DNA from: Chara braunii
Lineage: Eukaryota; Plantae; Charophyceae
DNA: 64,000 nucleotides
Assembly: GCA_003427395.1 (NCBI GenBank)
Contig: BFEA01000023.1
Location: forward strand, 1,135,922 to 1,199,921
Direction of reading: 5' to 3'
In this document: positions 36,350-48,840 of the stretch, in pieces
Position numbering within the stretch: position 1 is the first letter of the stretch
Layout: each line of letters opens with the position of its first letter
Translations under genes and position numbers: made by a program
The notes under the pieces: model-generated
The model's database searches: none
What the model saw: only the letters and a program-made list of their open reading frames with translations
What the model was told of the DNA's origin: nothing

Positions 36350-36426
36350 GCGGCCTAGCTCAATTCGTTAGGCACACGAGTGGTGTGGCATTCAAGAGGT
36401 TTTGGGGTTCAATTCCAGTGGCCGCC
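36350..36426 (+). mobile_element. tRNA-derived SINE-like head
   Basis: A-box-like TAGCTCAATTCGT, B-box GGTTCAATTCC, acceptor-like GCGGCC...GGCCGC; no clean cloverleaf. Confidence 0.55.
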
Positions 36427-37762
36427 TGCAGTACACTTGGTGTCAGCCAACTGAGATAGACAGTTGGATCCTCCCCATTGGCATTAGTAGAGTCTTCAAT
36501 CAATGTGGGTGTGAGTGTGAGTGGGTTGCACATGGTGTATGGGAGATTGTTGGCCTTAGACACTGCTGGTCCTCTATGGGTATGGGGGGAAGATGAAAAA
36601 GGAGGTGCGGCTACTGGCAAATGCTCGGTCCTTGTGTTAGTCGAGCCTTGTCAGCAGTCCTAACCCTGCACCCTAAACCATTAGAGCAAGGGGCAAATAT
36701 GCACTTACCTCCCTCCACCGAGAGAGGTAACCTCCCTTCACCAAAAGAGGTAGATCGCTATGCTTGCAGGGGTCCCCTGTATGGCCTTACGAGGAGTGTC
36801 GTATTCCCCAACGTAACGCATATGCGTTGTAAGCAACACAACACGTATGTTGCTTTCTAATCGAATACAACACAACAACCATAATCTTTTAATATAACGC
36901 ATATGCATTTCATTCAAGTCATTTTTTTTTATTTTTTTTTTTTGATTATAACGCATATACATTATATTGTCGGAAATCCGACAGTAATAGGTAGGTCGTG
37001 AAAGATGAAAGGATTTGAGAGAAGAGTATAATGCAATTTTTGCTAAAAAAAATGAGGGAAAAGCATGTTCTTCGTATCAAGGAGAAACAACACCCCATTG
37101 ATTGTTTGCTATCGGTGTGTCTGTTGTCGGAAATGACAGCGCTATTGTCGTTTGGCACTGGTGCAGTGTTGACGCGGAGGGCTAAACAATGTCGTCCTCG
37201 TCGATATGAAGGTTCACCAACCACCCTTAAATCCTACAAGGGGTTGCGCCTTACTGTGGAATACCAAGGAGCATGGTGATTTCCGCCTCCCTTATAGCCC
37301 ACAAGCCTAAAGATACTAAGTGACCTTAACTTTCTATTGAGTACTTTTTGCGGGCTAACATTAAATACATGAAGAACTTTATCTCGTTTCATAAGCCTAT
37401 GCCTATAAAAAGGGACGGTGTGGACATGAAGAAGAGAAAATAAAACTTAATGTGTGATAAAAGGCGCTTTCAAATGCGGCACATTCCGAAGCGGTGATGG
37501 GACCGTTGTTTGGGTTCAAGCGAAGCATTGGTAACTACCTCGATTGAACACATAAAGACATGAAGTTTTATGGGTAAAGCACCATCATTGAGAGTGGGAG
37601 ACTCATTGGCGGCCGTGAGAACGTTTTGCCTTGGCTGGAAAGCGTGGAGGACGATCCTAGCCACATGCATACTAATACCCATTGAGTCTATTTTTTTTTA
37701 TTTTCTTTTCGGTGTCTTACTCGATTGTATGATTATATTTTATAATACTTCTCATACCTTTA

Positions 37763-38041
37763 AACAACCATTTTTTTTGCCAAAATTCGGTCAGAATTTT
37801 TTGCTCGTGGGGGTCCGACGTTCCGAAAACGTCGAACCCCCTACATGTATCTGGTTTATGGTTGAGACTAGATACTTTTTTTTTTTTTTTTTTTGTATCT
37901 GGTCTCAACCATAGACCAGATACATGTAAGGGGTCCGGTGGACCCCCATGAGCAAAAAATTCTGACCAGATTTTGGCAAAAAAAATCAGTTTTGATTTCA
38001 TTCAAAAAATATAATATGTCCGTTTTGACGAAATGACTGTT
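37763..38041. mobile_element. Foldback MITE family D (left arm partly deleted)
   Basis: Long inverted arms, AAC...GTT ends, 4-bp TSD TTTA. Confidence 0.75.
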
Positions 38042-39826
38042 TTTATTGATATGTCCTTCATTTCTTAGTCGCTACTGTAAGAACTATCTTTTATCATTTT
38101 TTTAACTCAAACTCTTTATATTTTATCACTCTCTTAACTTTATTTATAATTCTTTGTGTATTTTAAAGTGGTTTGATTCACTTCTTCAGAATGTACCATA
38201 CACCTAGTCATTATAATATGGTAGGCTTATTAATTCTTATGATTTCTCCTCGTGATTTCATAAGTGCAATTTGTCGTTCATTACTACCCCCTCAACTGTG
38301 GTTGGATCACTTTGCCCTGGTTGTATTTCGTGTTAAATCATGTTGAAGTTAAAATTCACATGCACCTAGTCACTATTATATAGTAGATTCATTAATTGTT
38401 GTTAATGTTATTTATGAGATTTCATAAGGTTGTAAAATTGTCGTTCATTGTTTCTTTCGTCATAATTGTAGTTGAATCGCTTGTATAATTGTATACCATA
38501 TTCAACATCGTTGGAGTTACAATCCACATGCACCCAATTATGATTATAGGGTAGATTTTTTCATTTGTAAGAATCTTCATAACGTGATTTCATCAGTGAG
38601 ATACGTCCTTCATTGCCCCCTTCTCCAATGTGGTTGCAGCTGTCGGATCTCCTATTCAATATTGTTGAAGACTTGAAGTGATAATTCATTTTATAATTGA
38701 AGCACTTTAGAACCACAATCGCCCTCTATTTCATATTTTTCTCCTATAATTTCACTTAAGAATTCAATCCTTTTGTTGTACGGTTCAACCGCATGGTTCC
38801 CTTTACCTCATGAAATTTAATTGTATATTTTTTTTAATCTTAGGCTGTATGCATAACTTTGTTGAAGTCTTTGTGGTTAACAAGCGCCTTTCGAGTCTGC
38901 CTACTAGGAATTTTTTTTTTTTTTTCTTTTGTATATGGTCGAATATTAAGTTGGATCCATTGAAGTCTTAATAAACAACCACATTTTGTCCCCCCTATGA
39001 CTGACTTTTGTGACTGCTATTTCTAGCCTAAGACCTAGCTGATGACTCGACTCTTTGTCTGTTGATTCTCTACGGATTTAGAGACTTAGACTCTCTCATA
39101 ATATTTTTACTACTTGTTTTTCGTTTTAGTACTCGTTTATATACTTTACAAGTTGGGGGTTGTCTGTGGCAGGCAATGAAACTACTACAGGTAGTGAGAG
39201 ACCTACAAATGGTTGTGGCAACAATGTTGATCTATTGAAGGCACAACTGGTTAATATTTAGATGATAAGCGAGAAAGCTTGTGTTAAACCAATTGAGATT
39301 TATGATATTTTGAGTATAATAGTTCCTATAGAGGTCCAACGGCGTAAGGTAGAAAACCTCATGATGGCAACCTTGAGTCCCCACAATTATTAGTTGGTCT
39401 GGCGGTCCTCTCCTTTGATATTGGTTTACCTTTCATGTTCGGTGAATCTCTCTTGGAATTTCTCTTAGATTGAAATATAGAATTTATTTTCTGTCATTGG
39501 ATATCGGTTGTATTATGACTATGATTTAAATAGTCACTTTAGATGGCATAATTTCTCTCTTGTCGACGACATTACTAGGTTGTTGTTTATTGATAAGTGA
39601 AGTTAGGTAGTGCGCCCTGTATGAGGCAGGTTAATATCTTTCATAAAATTTTGTATTTTTTTTTTTTTATTATTCTTTATTCAGTTTTTCTTTTAATTAA
39701 GTTTGTTTCTGATGGACGATGGACCCGATTTTCAACAACCACCAAAGTTGGGTAATGGTTCCAATACCCGAGTTGGGATGTGGATGGATTCCCGACCTTC
39801 TTTGAAAAAAATAAAAAATAAAAAAT

Positions 39827-39862
39827 TATATCGTTTCAATTTTAACAGATGTCCCAAATGAC
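39827..39862 (-). pseudogene. U6: U6 retrocopy, 5' half
   Basis: Minus strand GTCATTTGGGACATCTGTTAAAATTGAAACGATATA corresponds to U6 nt ~1-36. Confidence 0.8.
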
Positions 39863-39967
39863 TATAGCTTGAGGATTTTGGTGACAACATCGATGTAAAA
39901 GGTTGTACGGTACGTTGTATAGAGTTGGACGACTGTTGGCTAAATTTTTGTTTTGTTCCATCCAACA

Positions 39968-40030
39968 ACATAACTCAATTGGTAAGGCACGCAAGTGACA
40001 TTTGGGAGGTCTTGGCTTAAACCCCATTAG
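39968..40030 (+). mobile_element. Degenerate tRNA-derived SINE-like head
   Basis: TAACTCAATTGGTA (A box) ... GGCTTAAACCCC (decayed B box). Confidence 0.4.
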
Positions 40031-40716
40031 CCTCATATACCTTTTTAGGCAAGCTTAAAGCTCGTCATCTAGAGATAGGTTGTCAGTGTTCCCAAGCAGA
40101 GACTGGTGATTTTTGTAGGGGAAGGGGACCGAAGGGGGGGGTACAACAACTAACCCATGGAAGAAGCTCGGTCTTGATCCTGTCTGTTGACCGCTAGTTG
40201 GTATTGTCCATTTGAAGATTGTGCATAACCCACTATCGGGCACGACGGTCCCACACCCTTCGGTAAGTGTTCGACCTCACGGTTTTGTCACGCAGGATTA
40301 AATCTTCATTTTTGAGTCAGCGGAGCGGCTCCATGCTACGTGACAAAGATCCGCGAGGAACAACTCACCTCTACCCGAGCGGCTATCACCACCCTTAGGT
40401 AGGCGCATCCCTGTTGAGTTACTGACTTACTTGTGAATGTTTTTACTTGCAATCGCAGAGGTAAGTTGGTCTTTGCTTGATCGTCGTAACATAGTCATAT
40501 GTGCGGTTGAACGCCTAAGACTGAATTGCATATGTATCGGACATCGAGGCGCTGATCTCCCGGACCGACTTACAATTCAGGTCAATTTGACCTACAAACA
40601 TTTGCGCATACAATATTTTAATATATTTGCACTTAACCCATAAATTATATATGTTGTATAAACCCTTTCAAATCGATATACACATAATGAATAAATTTCA
40701 AAGATAAAGGCAATAA

Positions 40717-41009
40717 AACAACCATTTTGTCAAAACAGTTATATTATTTTTTTTTAACGAATTTGAAATTGAGTTTTTGAGCCAAAATCTGGTCCAAATT
40801 TTTAGCTCCTTGGGATCCAGAATTCCCAGAACGCCGGACCCCCTAGATGTATCTGGTCTTTGCTTGAGGTCAGATGCATCTAGGCGGTCCGGCGTTCAAG
40901 GAACGCTGGACCCCCTGGAGCCAAAAATTTGGACCGGATTTTGACCTAAAAACTCAATTTCAATTTCGTTCAAAAAATATAATATGTCCGTTTTGACGAA
41001 ATTGCCGTT
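40717..41009. mobile_element. Foldback MITE family D
   Basis: ~140-bp inverted arms; 4-bp TSD ATAA. Confidence 0.85.
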
Positions 41010-41476
41010 ATAAGATGTTTTTACTTTTACACACAAACAAAGACAAATATCATAATGCATAAAACTTCGACCTTTGAAAAAGAAACAAACACAGGTTTTT
41101 GGTCTTTTAATTATGCATAACAAATCACGATAGACTCAACGACTTTTCAATGGAATATGAAATGTATAAGGTTTTTGGCCTTGCCAATGATCCTAATCCG
41201 TTTAACTTAAGTTTAAGAAAGGTAAGGTTTGACTATCCAAACCAAATGTATGAAGAGTCTGAGTCAAGGCTCAGATAAACATAAGACTCTCAATGTGAGT
41301 TACGTCGTGAATAACATATGGATGGTCATTTTACTGACCTGCAAACAAACGTCGAATACATTACACACTTTAGCCATTCCAGAACCCTTTGACCAAAACA
41401 TAAAACCTTCAGATAACGACTCGAGATTCAAAAACGTCTTTCCAGCGCAAGGGTCGATCCACACAAGTCATACATC

Positions 41477-44400
41477 GGTTTTCAATGGCAGCAGACATGA
41501 AAGTCAACTGGGGATCTAAAACAGAGGGGTGGTGGCTACACCCACAGGACATCGGTCCGCCGCGAGATCCACAAGTCTCATGGTTAGCAAAGGAAACAGC
41601 CTTGGGCATTCTGGGAGTGCGACTAATAGCGCTCGGTCCCCCGCTACACCATGGGGACACGCTGGTGGACCTGGCAGTTGACCGACTGGGCTGCTCGGAG
41701 GGACTGCATACCTCCCTTGAAGTTGTTGGGAGAGCACTAGCAATCAACAACGCGGTGCTGGCAACAATCTGGTATAAATTGGCAGTGTGGCCACTCAAAC
41801 CGAAACAATACTCCAGACTCAGAAAGACTCTAACAACCTACCTCTGGAAAAATGACATCAACGCCCAAGGCTACATTAACAGGGTCAAATGATACACTAA
41901 CGTAGTCGAGGGGCAAAGGGGGATTAGGGATAATCGACCCAAAAAGAGAAAGTGAGCCCCTCATGTTAAGGTGCTCGTCAGACTCCTGACTGACAATGAT
42001 ATTCCGTGGGCATCACTGACCTGTATACAGATCAGCAATTTGGTCCCGAAGACAACGATCCCTAACCGGATCCATCCCTTCAGATGGCTCACCAATGCTC
42101 ATGGGTCCATTCCCTCCCCCACGCAGCGACAACTGGGGGATAACCTAACTCACGCAGCAAAAGCAGACATAACACATGACCCGCTGTGGCCTAATATGCT
42201 TAAACTGTGGAGACATTGTGGACCCAAACAAATTCGGCCCCCCAATTGATGGCACGACATATGACGACAACCCCTTTTTGACAACCCTCACATCTTGGAC
42301 GAAGTGGGCAATCCCTTCTCACTACATTCGAACTCCCCTTGGCTCATATGGGTCAGAAAATGCCTCTTCACGATAGGAGACTTGTGGGACATACAGACAG
42401 GGGATTGGAGGACTGCAACCCAATTACAATAACTCATGAAGTATGCCAAAAATGTGGAGGGTCAGCTGAACCTACTTAGAGAGGCCATACCGTTGGCATG
42501 ACGATGTACTCTAAAAAAAAGGCCCACAGTCCAACAAGGGGATTGGACTGTCAAGTACTCAGACCTACTCTTACCCCTGGTAGGTATGAGTCAGCCCTAC
42601 TGGGGGCAAGAATGTCGAAACTGACACGCAAGGACGGATTGGATAGCGATGAGACATTTGTCGGCCTCATGCACATAAGGGTGGTAGGGGACAATAAAAA
42701 AGGGCAATACGCATACGAACCTTCAACAGGAATCGCGAAACTGCCCTTTGACCCAATAGAGTGGCGGTGGTCAGGATACAAACCGATGAGCATGTGGGAC
42801 TAGTGCACAGTCAAAAAAGCATACAGAGGCCTGAACCTGGAACAACCAATCAACTGCATGCTATCTGAAAGATGGGCCCTCGATTCTCCTGTGGACCTTG
42901 AATTGATGAAAGATATACCATGGCCCAAATACGCAAGAATTATGCCAACAAGTCTCAGGTCGCTGCAGTGGCAGATCCTTCACCGGTGTCTTCCGACACC
43001 AGATTGGCTCGTATCCAGAACGAACTTGGAACAAAAAGGCCACCTGTCCCCTATCTGCTCTTACTGTGGGAGATCGTCACAACCTGCCCGTGCGACACTC
43101 GAACATTGCCTACTGGCATGCCCGATGGTTACCTAGTTGTGGCAGTGGTGGGATGCAGCCTTCCACTCCTTGATGTCCATCCGCATCCCATGGGATCTGG
43201 GCCTTCTACTGATGGGCAAGAACCAACATTTGCTGGCCCACTGGCCCCCATTTGCAGTCAACCTGTTCACCTACACAAGGATGCATATCCTCATGCTAGC
43301 CTGACGAGCGAGATGCTCCTTTCAATGGAAATACCATCAATTTGGCCTGCAACAGGCTTAACAAGTGTTGGAAGAAGTGATCAGGACCGCAACCCAAGAA
43401 GCATGGAGGACGATGAGAAGAGACCAGAGGAATGAGAACGAACCCCAAACCAAGGAATCCATCTTGCACACCTACAAAGAATTGTGGCAGCACCCCTGCA
43501 ATTTGTTCAGCGAAGTGAATGTCGAACTGGAGATTCAATGAAAACCATGAAGGAACATGGAACGGTCCTAGCAGAGGCAACCCTGGGATGACTTCCGAGT
43601 GTAGTACCTGCGACCCAATTTCGTACTCATCACGGATTCACAGACTTACGTCCAACCGCCTCCGCCACCCCCACTTGGTCCCTCCTCAGTCCCTAACCAG
43701 TAGCATCACCTCTCGATGGTGTAGGATCCATACATAGTCATACAACCACGCCCTCCCCTCCCCCAACTATCCTGCATATGCCATCCCTGCACTTGCTGCT
43801 CCCATGCCCTCTCACCAACAGCTAATACCCCCACCCCCGACCTGTGGAAACATAGCGTGGACACCGGTCATGGATGATGGGATCAAACAGTTTATAGGCA
43901 ACGAGGGAGTGTAATCAGGACACTACGACAGGAACAATGGAATACGACACCTCAGGTCCGAAGCGGAGGATTGAAATCTTAGATGACTGCTGAAAAATAA
44001 TCTACAGGGGCCACAACGTTTGGAGAGGGAGGTTGGGGACAACACACAACTACACATGAAGGCTGGCATCACTCAGCGCCGACAATGGAAGTGGCCTTGT
44101 GAAGGTACACAAAAGGCACTGTCCCCATAGCTTCTAATCTCAACACACGGAAGGGCCGCAGTGCCCTGGGAAATGAGGGAAGGGAACTTCATATTCAGAC
44201 TATTGGTTTTCAACCCAAAACAAAGGGGAAAATCCTGGTACAATTGAGATCGCTAGAGGCAGCCTACCCCGCCGTAAGAGGCATTCCCCCCATGCGATTT
44301 TTCTTTTAAGCAACGCAGGTAGTCTTCATCTATGTTCAATTTCCTAATTAAAATGTAGGGAAGGGCTGTAGTTCCCAGGGATAAGGTCAAAGTAAAGGGA

Positions 44401-44730
44401 ATGAGAATTGAGTTTACCTAAGCGAGACTATTCCTCCAGGGAACAGGGCTAGGTCGTACAAATGGGGGAGAGCTCGAAAGGGAAGGGTAATGAGTGCAAC
44501 CCTATGGGAATTCACAACTTCAATGAAGAACCTTAAAGACCATGGCCCCAGAGACTACAACTATGTTTCTATGGGACGCTGGACCCGGTTTTCAGCAGGT
44601 ATTGCTCCCTACCAATAGATGGAGCAGCCCAAGGAACAAGCCTTCAATCACGGTGGCTGTCTTACCGCCACCGAGATAGTGGGCTTGAAAAATGACTTTT
44701 CTTAAAAAAAAAAAAATAAAAAAAAAAAAA
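41477..44730 (+). mobile_element. 5'-truncated, frameshifted L1-clade LINE (ORF2 C-terminus, 3' UTR, poly(A))
   Basis: Post-RT motifs MKVNW.K, GRALAINNAVLATIWY..YLWK and a GGLG-like motif; zf-RVT (LQWQILHRCLPT..CSYC..TLEHCLLACP); A tail 44704-44730. Confidence 0.85.
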
Positions 44731-45004
44731 GTGAAGGTGTTGAGGGCGATTGAGGGTTGAGTCGATAAACGAATCTGTTGCTGTAACATAATAGGATGTA
44801 GTTTTGCATGAAATTATGATAAGTCCATCTCGAATAATTTCTTAATGAAGATGGCTCAGTCATACACTGGTCAACGCGATCTGAACACCCTAACTATTGA
44901 TATAATCCCATCTGAAGTTCAATATAATGAACTTCGTTTGAGTCCAGAATGATACTATATCAAGATGACTCTTTCTACAACATAAAAAAAATCCATAATT
45001 AAAT

Positions 45005-46372
45005 AATTTATGATAAAATTACATTCTAAATTTTAAATTTGTATTTCATCTTTAAAAAATCATTACACTTTTAAAATTTTTCGTCTTAATTGAAAAATTT
45101 CCTTTCAAGAACGGGGTATCCCTTCTTATTTGAACTGCATGTTAGAGATGAAATGAAAGTCCGTATGAATTCATGAAATATTTTAATTATAATTTTATTC
45201 TATATAAAGATTTTCAGTCATAAATGAGTTAATCCAATCTAAATTAAAAAATATTTGTTGTAATAGAATGAATTAAGACATTTCATAAACTCGTTCAGTC
45301 TTCCATTCCATCTCACTCGCGGTTAACGACCACCTGAAATTTCAGAATGAAAGATTATGAAGTGATCTGAAACCGCTGAAATGGCCCAAGGACACTTCAT
45401 GTCATTTCAGAAGTTTTGGGTGGTTTGAAGGACAAGTTTTATGTTTTTTTATTTTTTTTTTCCTGCCTGTTTTTTCAGCCACTTCAGGTTATTTCAGGAA
45501 TTTCAGGTGGGCACCTGAAACCGCTGAGGTGGCTGAAGCTTCTGAATGGGGTTTCAGGTACCCCCATCCAAATGGTTGGATGAGGCTACCTTAAACCCCT
45601 TTCAGAAACTTCAACCACTTCAGGTCATTTCAGGAATTTCAGGTGGGGACCTGAAACCGTTGAAGTGGTTAAAGCTTCTGAAAGGGGTTTCAGGTACCGC
45701 CATCCAAATGGTTGGATGGGGGTACCTGAAACCCCTTTCAGAAGCTTCAGCCACTTCAGGTCATTTCAAGAATTTCAAGAGGGAACCTGAAAACGCCGAA
45801 GTGGCTAAAACTTCTGAAAGGGGTTTCAATTACCCTCATCCAAATGGTTGGATGCTCTCATCCAAATGGTTGGATGGGGGTACCTGAAACCCCTTTCAGA
45901 AGCTTCAGCCACTTCAGGTCATTTCAAGAATTTCAGGTGGGGACGTGAAACCGTTGAAGTGGCTGAAGCTTCTGAAAGGGGTTTCAGGTACCCCCATCCC
46001 AACATTTGCAATGGATCTGTAGACAATTTGAAAGTGGTGTATCAACCTGAAGTGGTTGAACTGCCTGAAGGCGGTTTCAGACAACCCCATGTATAGATCC
46101 ACACACAATCTGAAAGTGGTGTAGTAACCTAAAGTGGCTAAACTGCCTGGAAAGAAAACCTGAAAATATATGCACCCGTTAATCATCTCTCTTCCATCTT
46201 CAATACAGAGATGTCGTTGGAAGGGAAAACTGATTTTTAGACGGGAACTTATCAAATAAGACTGAAAATTTTAGAATTATACGAACATTGGAATGATAAA
46301 TTTTAAATATGAATTTTTTTTTTAATATATTTTTTTTCAACTTTTATTTCTTGTGGGAATTTTTCTGTTGAC
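45005..46372 (+). repeat. AT-rich ~490-bp dispersed repeat E, copy 1, interrupted by an ~870-bp insertion (45314-46192)
   Basis: 45005-45313 plus 46193-46372 align to 49675-50166; TTCCATCT is duplicated at the break. Confidence 0.75.
45474..46002. repeat. Tandem array of ~136-bp internally palindromic units (x4)
   Basis: TTCARCCACTTCAGG recurs at 45474, 45610, 45746 and 45904. Confidence 0.85.
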
Positions 46373-47203
46373 TCTCAACTTTTTATCAAACCAGCTTCTA
46401 GAGATATTTATCTAAATAAAGGAAAACATGAGAGTTAATTATAGTTCCAATCTGGTAGATATATGATTCTCTATATAAGATATGCATATACAAGTATCAA
46501 AATTATATCCAAGTCAAAATCAGATAACGGGAACTAGTCAGAAGATTCAAGATAATAGGACATACCATATGGGGTCATTTTTCTTTTACCCTCTCTTAAA
46601 TATAATTAGAATATTTGACATTATTAGTGAGATAGTTATTGAATTTTTTTTTATCCTTAACGTTGAATAAGGTCTTTGATAATAAAGCAGATCTCACGAG
46701 ACCCTCACCCTTACTATCTTCTCTTCTTCTTAAGAAGGATGAGTAATATGCCAGCTGTCACGGTGTCTCAATTATCTTATCACAATCCTTCTTATCGTGT
46801 GATGCCATATGGTAATATGATAAATCTCACACGAGTTACTCCTCCTACCGTGACCATTTCTTTAAGTTATTGTTTAAGTTAATCGGCGATAGGGCAGACC
46901 TCACGAGACACCGCTCCTCAAATCACCATCACTTGGGGTTGGTTGGTAATAGGGCATACCTCATAGGGTCTCGCTTCCTTTAGGTCTTAATCATGATAAA
47001 CATTGTCAATGATGAGATAGGTTTTACGAAGTCGTATCTCAATAGGAGATAGATAAGGGAACGGTTGTTGATAGTAGGTCAGATTATACGGGATCCATCC
47101 TATTACCTTTTTGGTCTTTAAAAAAATAATAGATCAGACTACACGGGGTCTGTTCGACTATCTCTTAATAACAACCCTTTACTTCCTTACCCCATTGTTA
47201 TCT

Positions 47204-47703
47204 CAACAAAAAAATTCCCATGAGAAATGGAAGTTGAAAAAACATTTCATTAAAAGAACTCCTTCATATTTAAAAATTATCATTCTGATGTTCTTCAAAT
47301 TCTAAAATTTTCAGTTTTATTTGATAAGTTCCCGTCTCAATATGAGTTTTCCCTTCCAACTACATATGTTTGTTTAAGATGGAATGAAAGTTCCAACGAG
47401 TTTATGAAATGTCTTAATTAAAATTTTATTCCACTACAACAAATATCTTCTTAATACTTCTTATCTAGATTGGATTAATGTATTGATGACTGCAAACACT
47501 TACATAGAATGACAGTCCAATTAAAATATTTCATAAACTCATTTAGACTTTCATAGCATCTCTTGCATGCAGTTCAAATAAGAAGGGATACCCCATTCTT
47601 GAAATGCACGTTTTCAAGTAAGACGAAAGTTTTTAAAATTAGAATGACATTTTTTAATTGGAATGAAAATTTGAAATATAAAATGCATTTTTACTATAAA
47701 ATG
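47204..47703 (-). repeat. Repeat E, copy 2 (inverted)
   Basis: Reverse complement of 49675-50166. Confidence 0.8.
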
Positions 47704-48801
47704 ATTATTTAACACTGAAAATTTTTTCTGTTGCAGAATTGTATTCTTCCTAGTTGATGAAGCATTCCACACTGGGGTCATATACCAATTAGTGTAAATC
47801 AAAGGAATCCAGTACGCAGTGGATTTAGCTCAGACGTGAGCCCACACTGGATGAGGATTAAAAAAATAATCATGCAATGGGTTTTGCTCACACGGAAACC
47901 AACATTGCTTTTAGCAGAGTAGATTAATCAAACAATGAGTTTTTAAGCTCGCACAAGAGCCCTCACCGCAGAATGAGAAATTCGTCATGTAATGAGTTTG
48001 AGCTCACATAGGAGCCCTCACCATAGAATATTTTCAAAATAGTTAGAATTTTAGAAACAATAAAATAACCCACAGTCAAGTGAAAGAAACATACACAGTG
48101 AGATAACTCTCACATAAGTTTTCATCTGACCATGTTTTCCAGAAACAGACACACATACTCAAGTCATATAAAAAATTACACACATTGAGATCGTCTACAC
48201 GAGAGCGCAAACCTTAATTAGCTTAAGTTCGAAGAATCCGCCATGTAGTGAGCTTAACTCACATGAGAGCCCTCACCACGTCAGGATAACTTGAAGAAAT
48301 CAATCACGCAATGGATTTAGCTCACATGGGAGTCAACACTTCTTCTATCAACATAAAGAGTTAACCATACGATAAATATTAGCTCGCACGTGATTCAGGA
48401 CGACACCCCTTTTGAAGTGAGTTAAACTCATACGGTGACCCTTAGTATCTCGTCACATTTTCAAAAATTATTAACAATTGATCACATAATAGAATAACCC
48501 ACACAGGGGTCGACATTAGTATTATTTTGATCAGTCAAACCAAAAAATCATTCACAAAAAAAAAATAAAAAAAATACACACAGTTAAACCGCTGACAAAG
48601 AAAACATACGCATCGGCAGATAGTCCATACGACAACCCACTTCCCCATTGTTTCTCAATTCCAAGTCATAATCTATCTAACGGGAATTGATATTGCGCCT
48701 TAATTCTTTCATTTTACTAAGTTTTAAAATATTTTGCTAGGACCTTGGTCCTTCGTATTTTGGAGGATGTATCTAGCCTGTAATGACATCATGAGTGTCA
48801 A

Positions 48802-48840
<39 letters not shown>

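Noticed and set aside
36350-36426. Functional tRNA genes (also ~27808 and ~39968)
   Set aside because: A/B boxes are present, but the stems and anticodon arm do not form a canonical cloverleaf.
47815-48505. CRISPR-like repeat-spacer array
   Set aside because: The repeats are too degenerate, there is higher-order block duplication, there are no cas genes, and the context is eukaryotic with spliceosomal introns.
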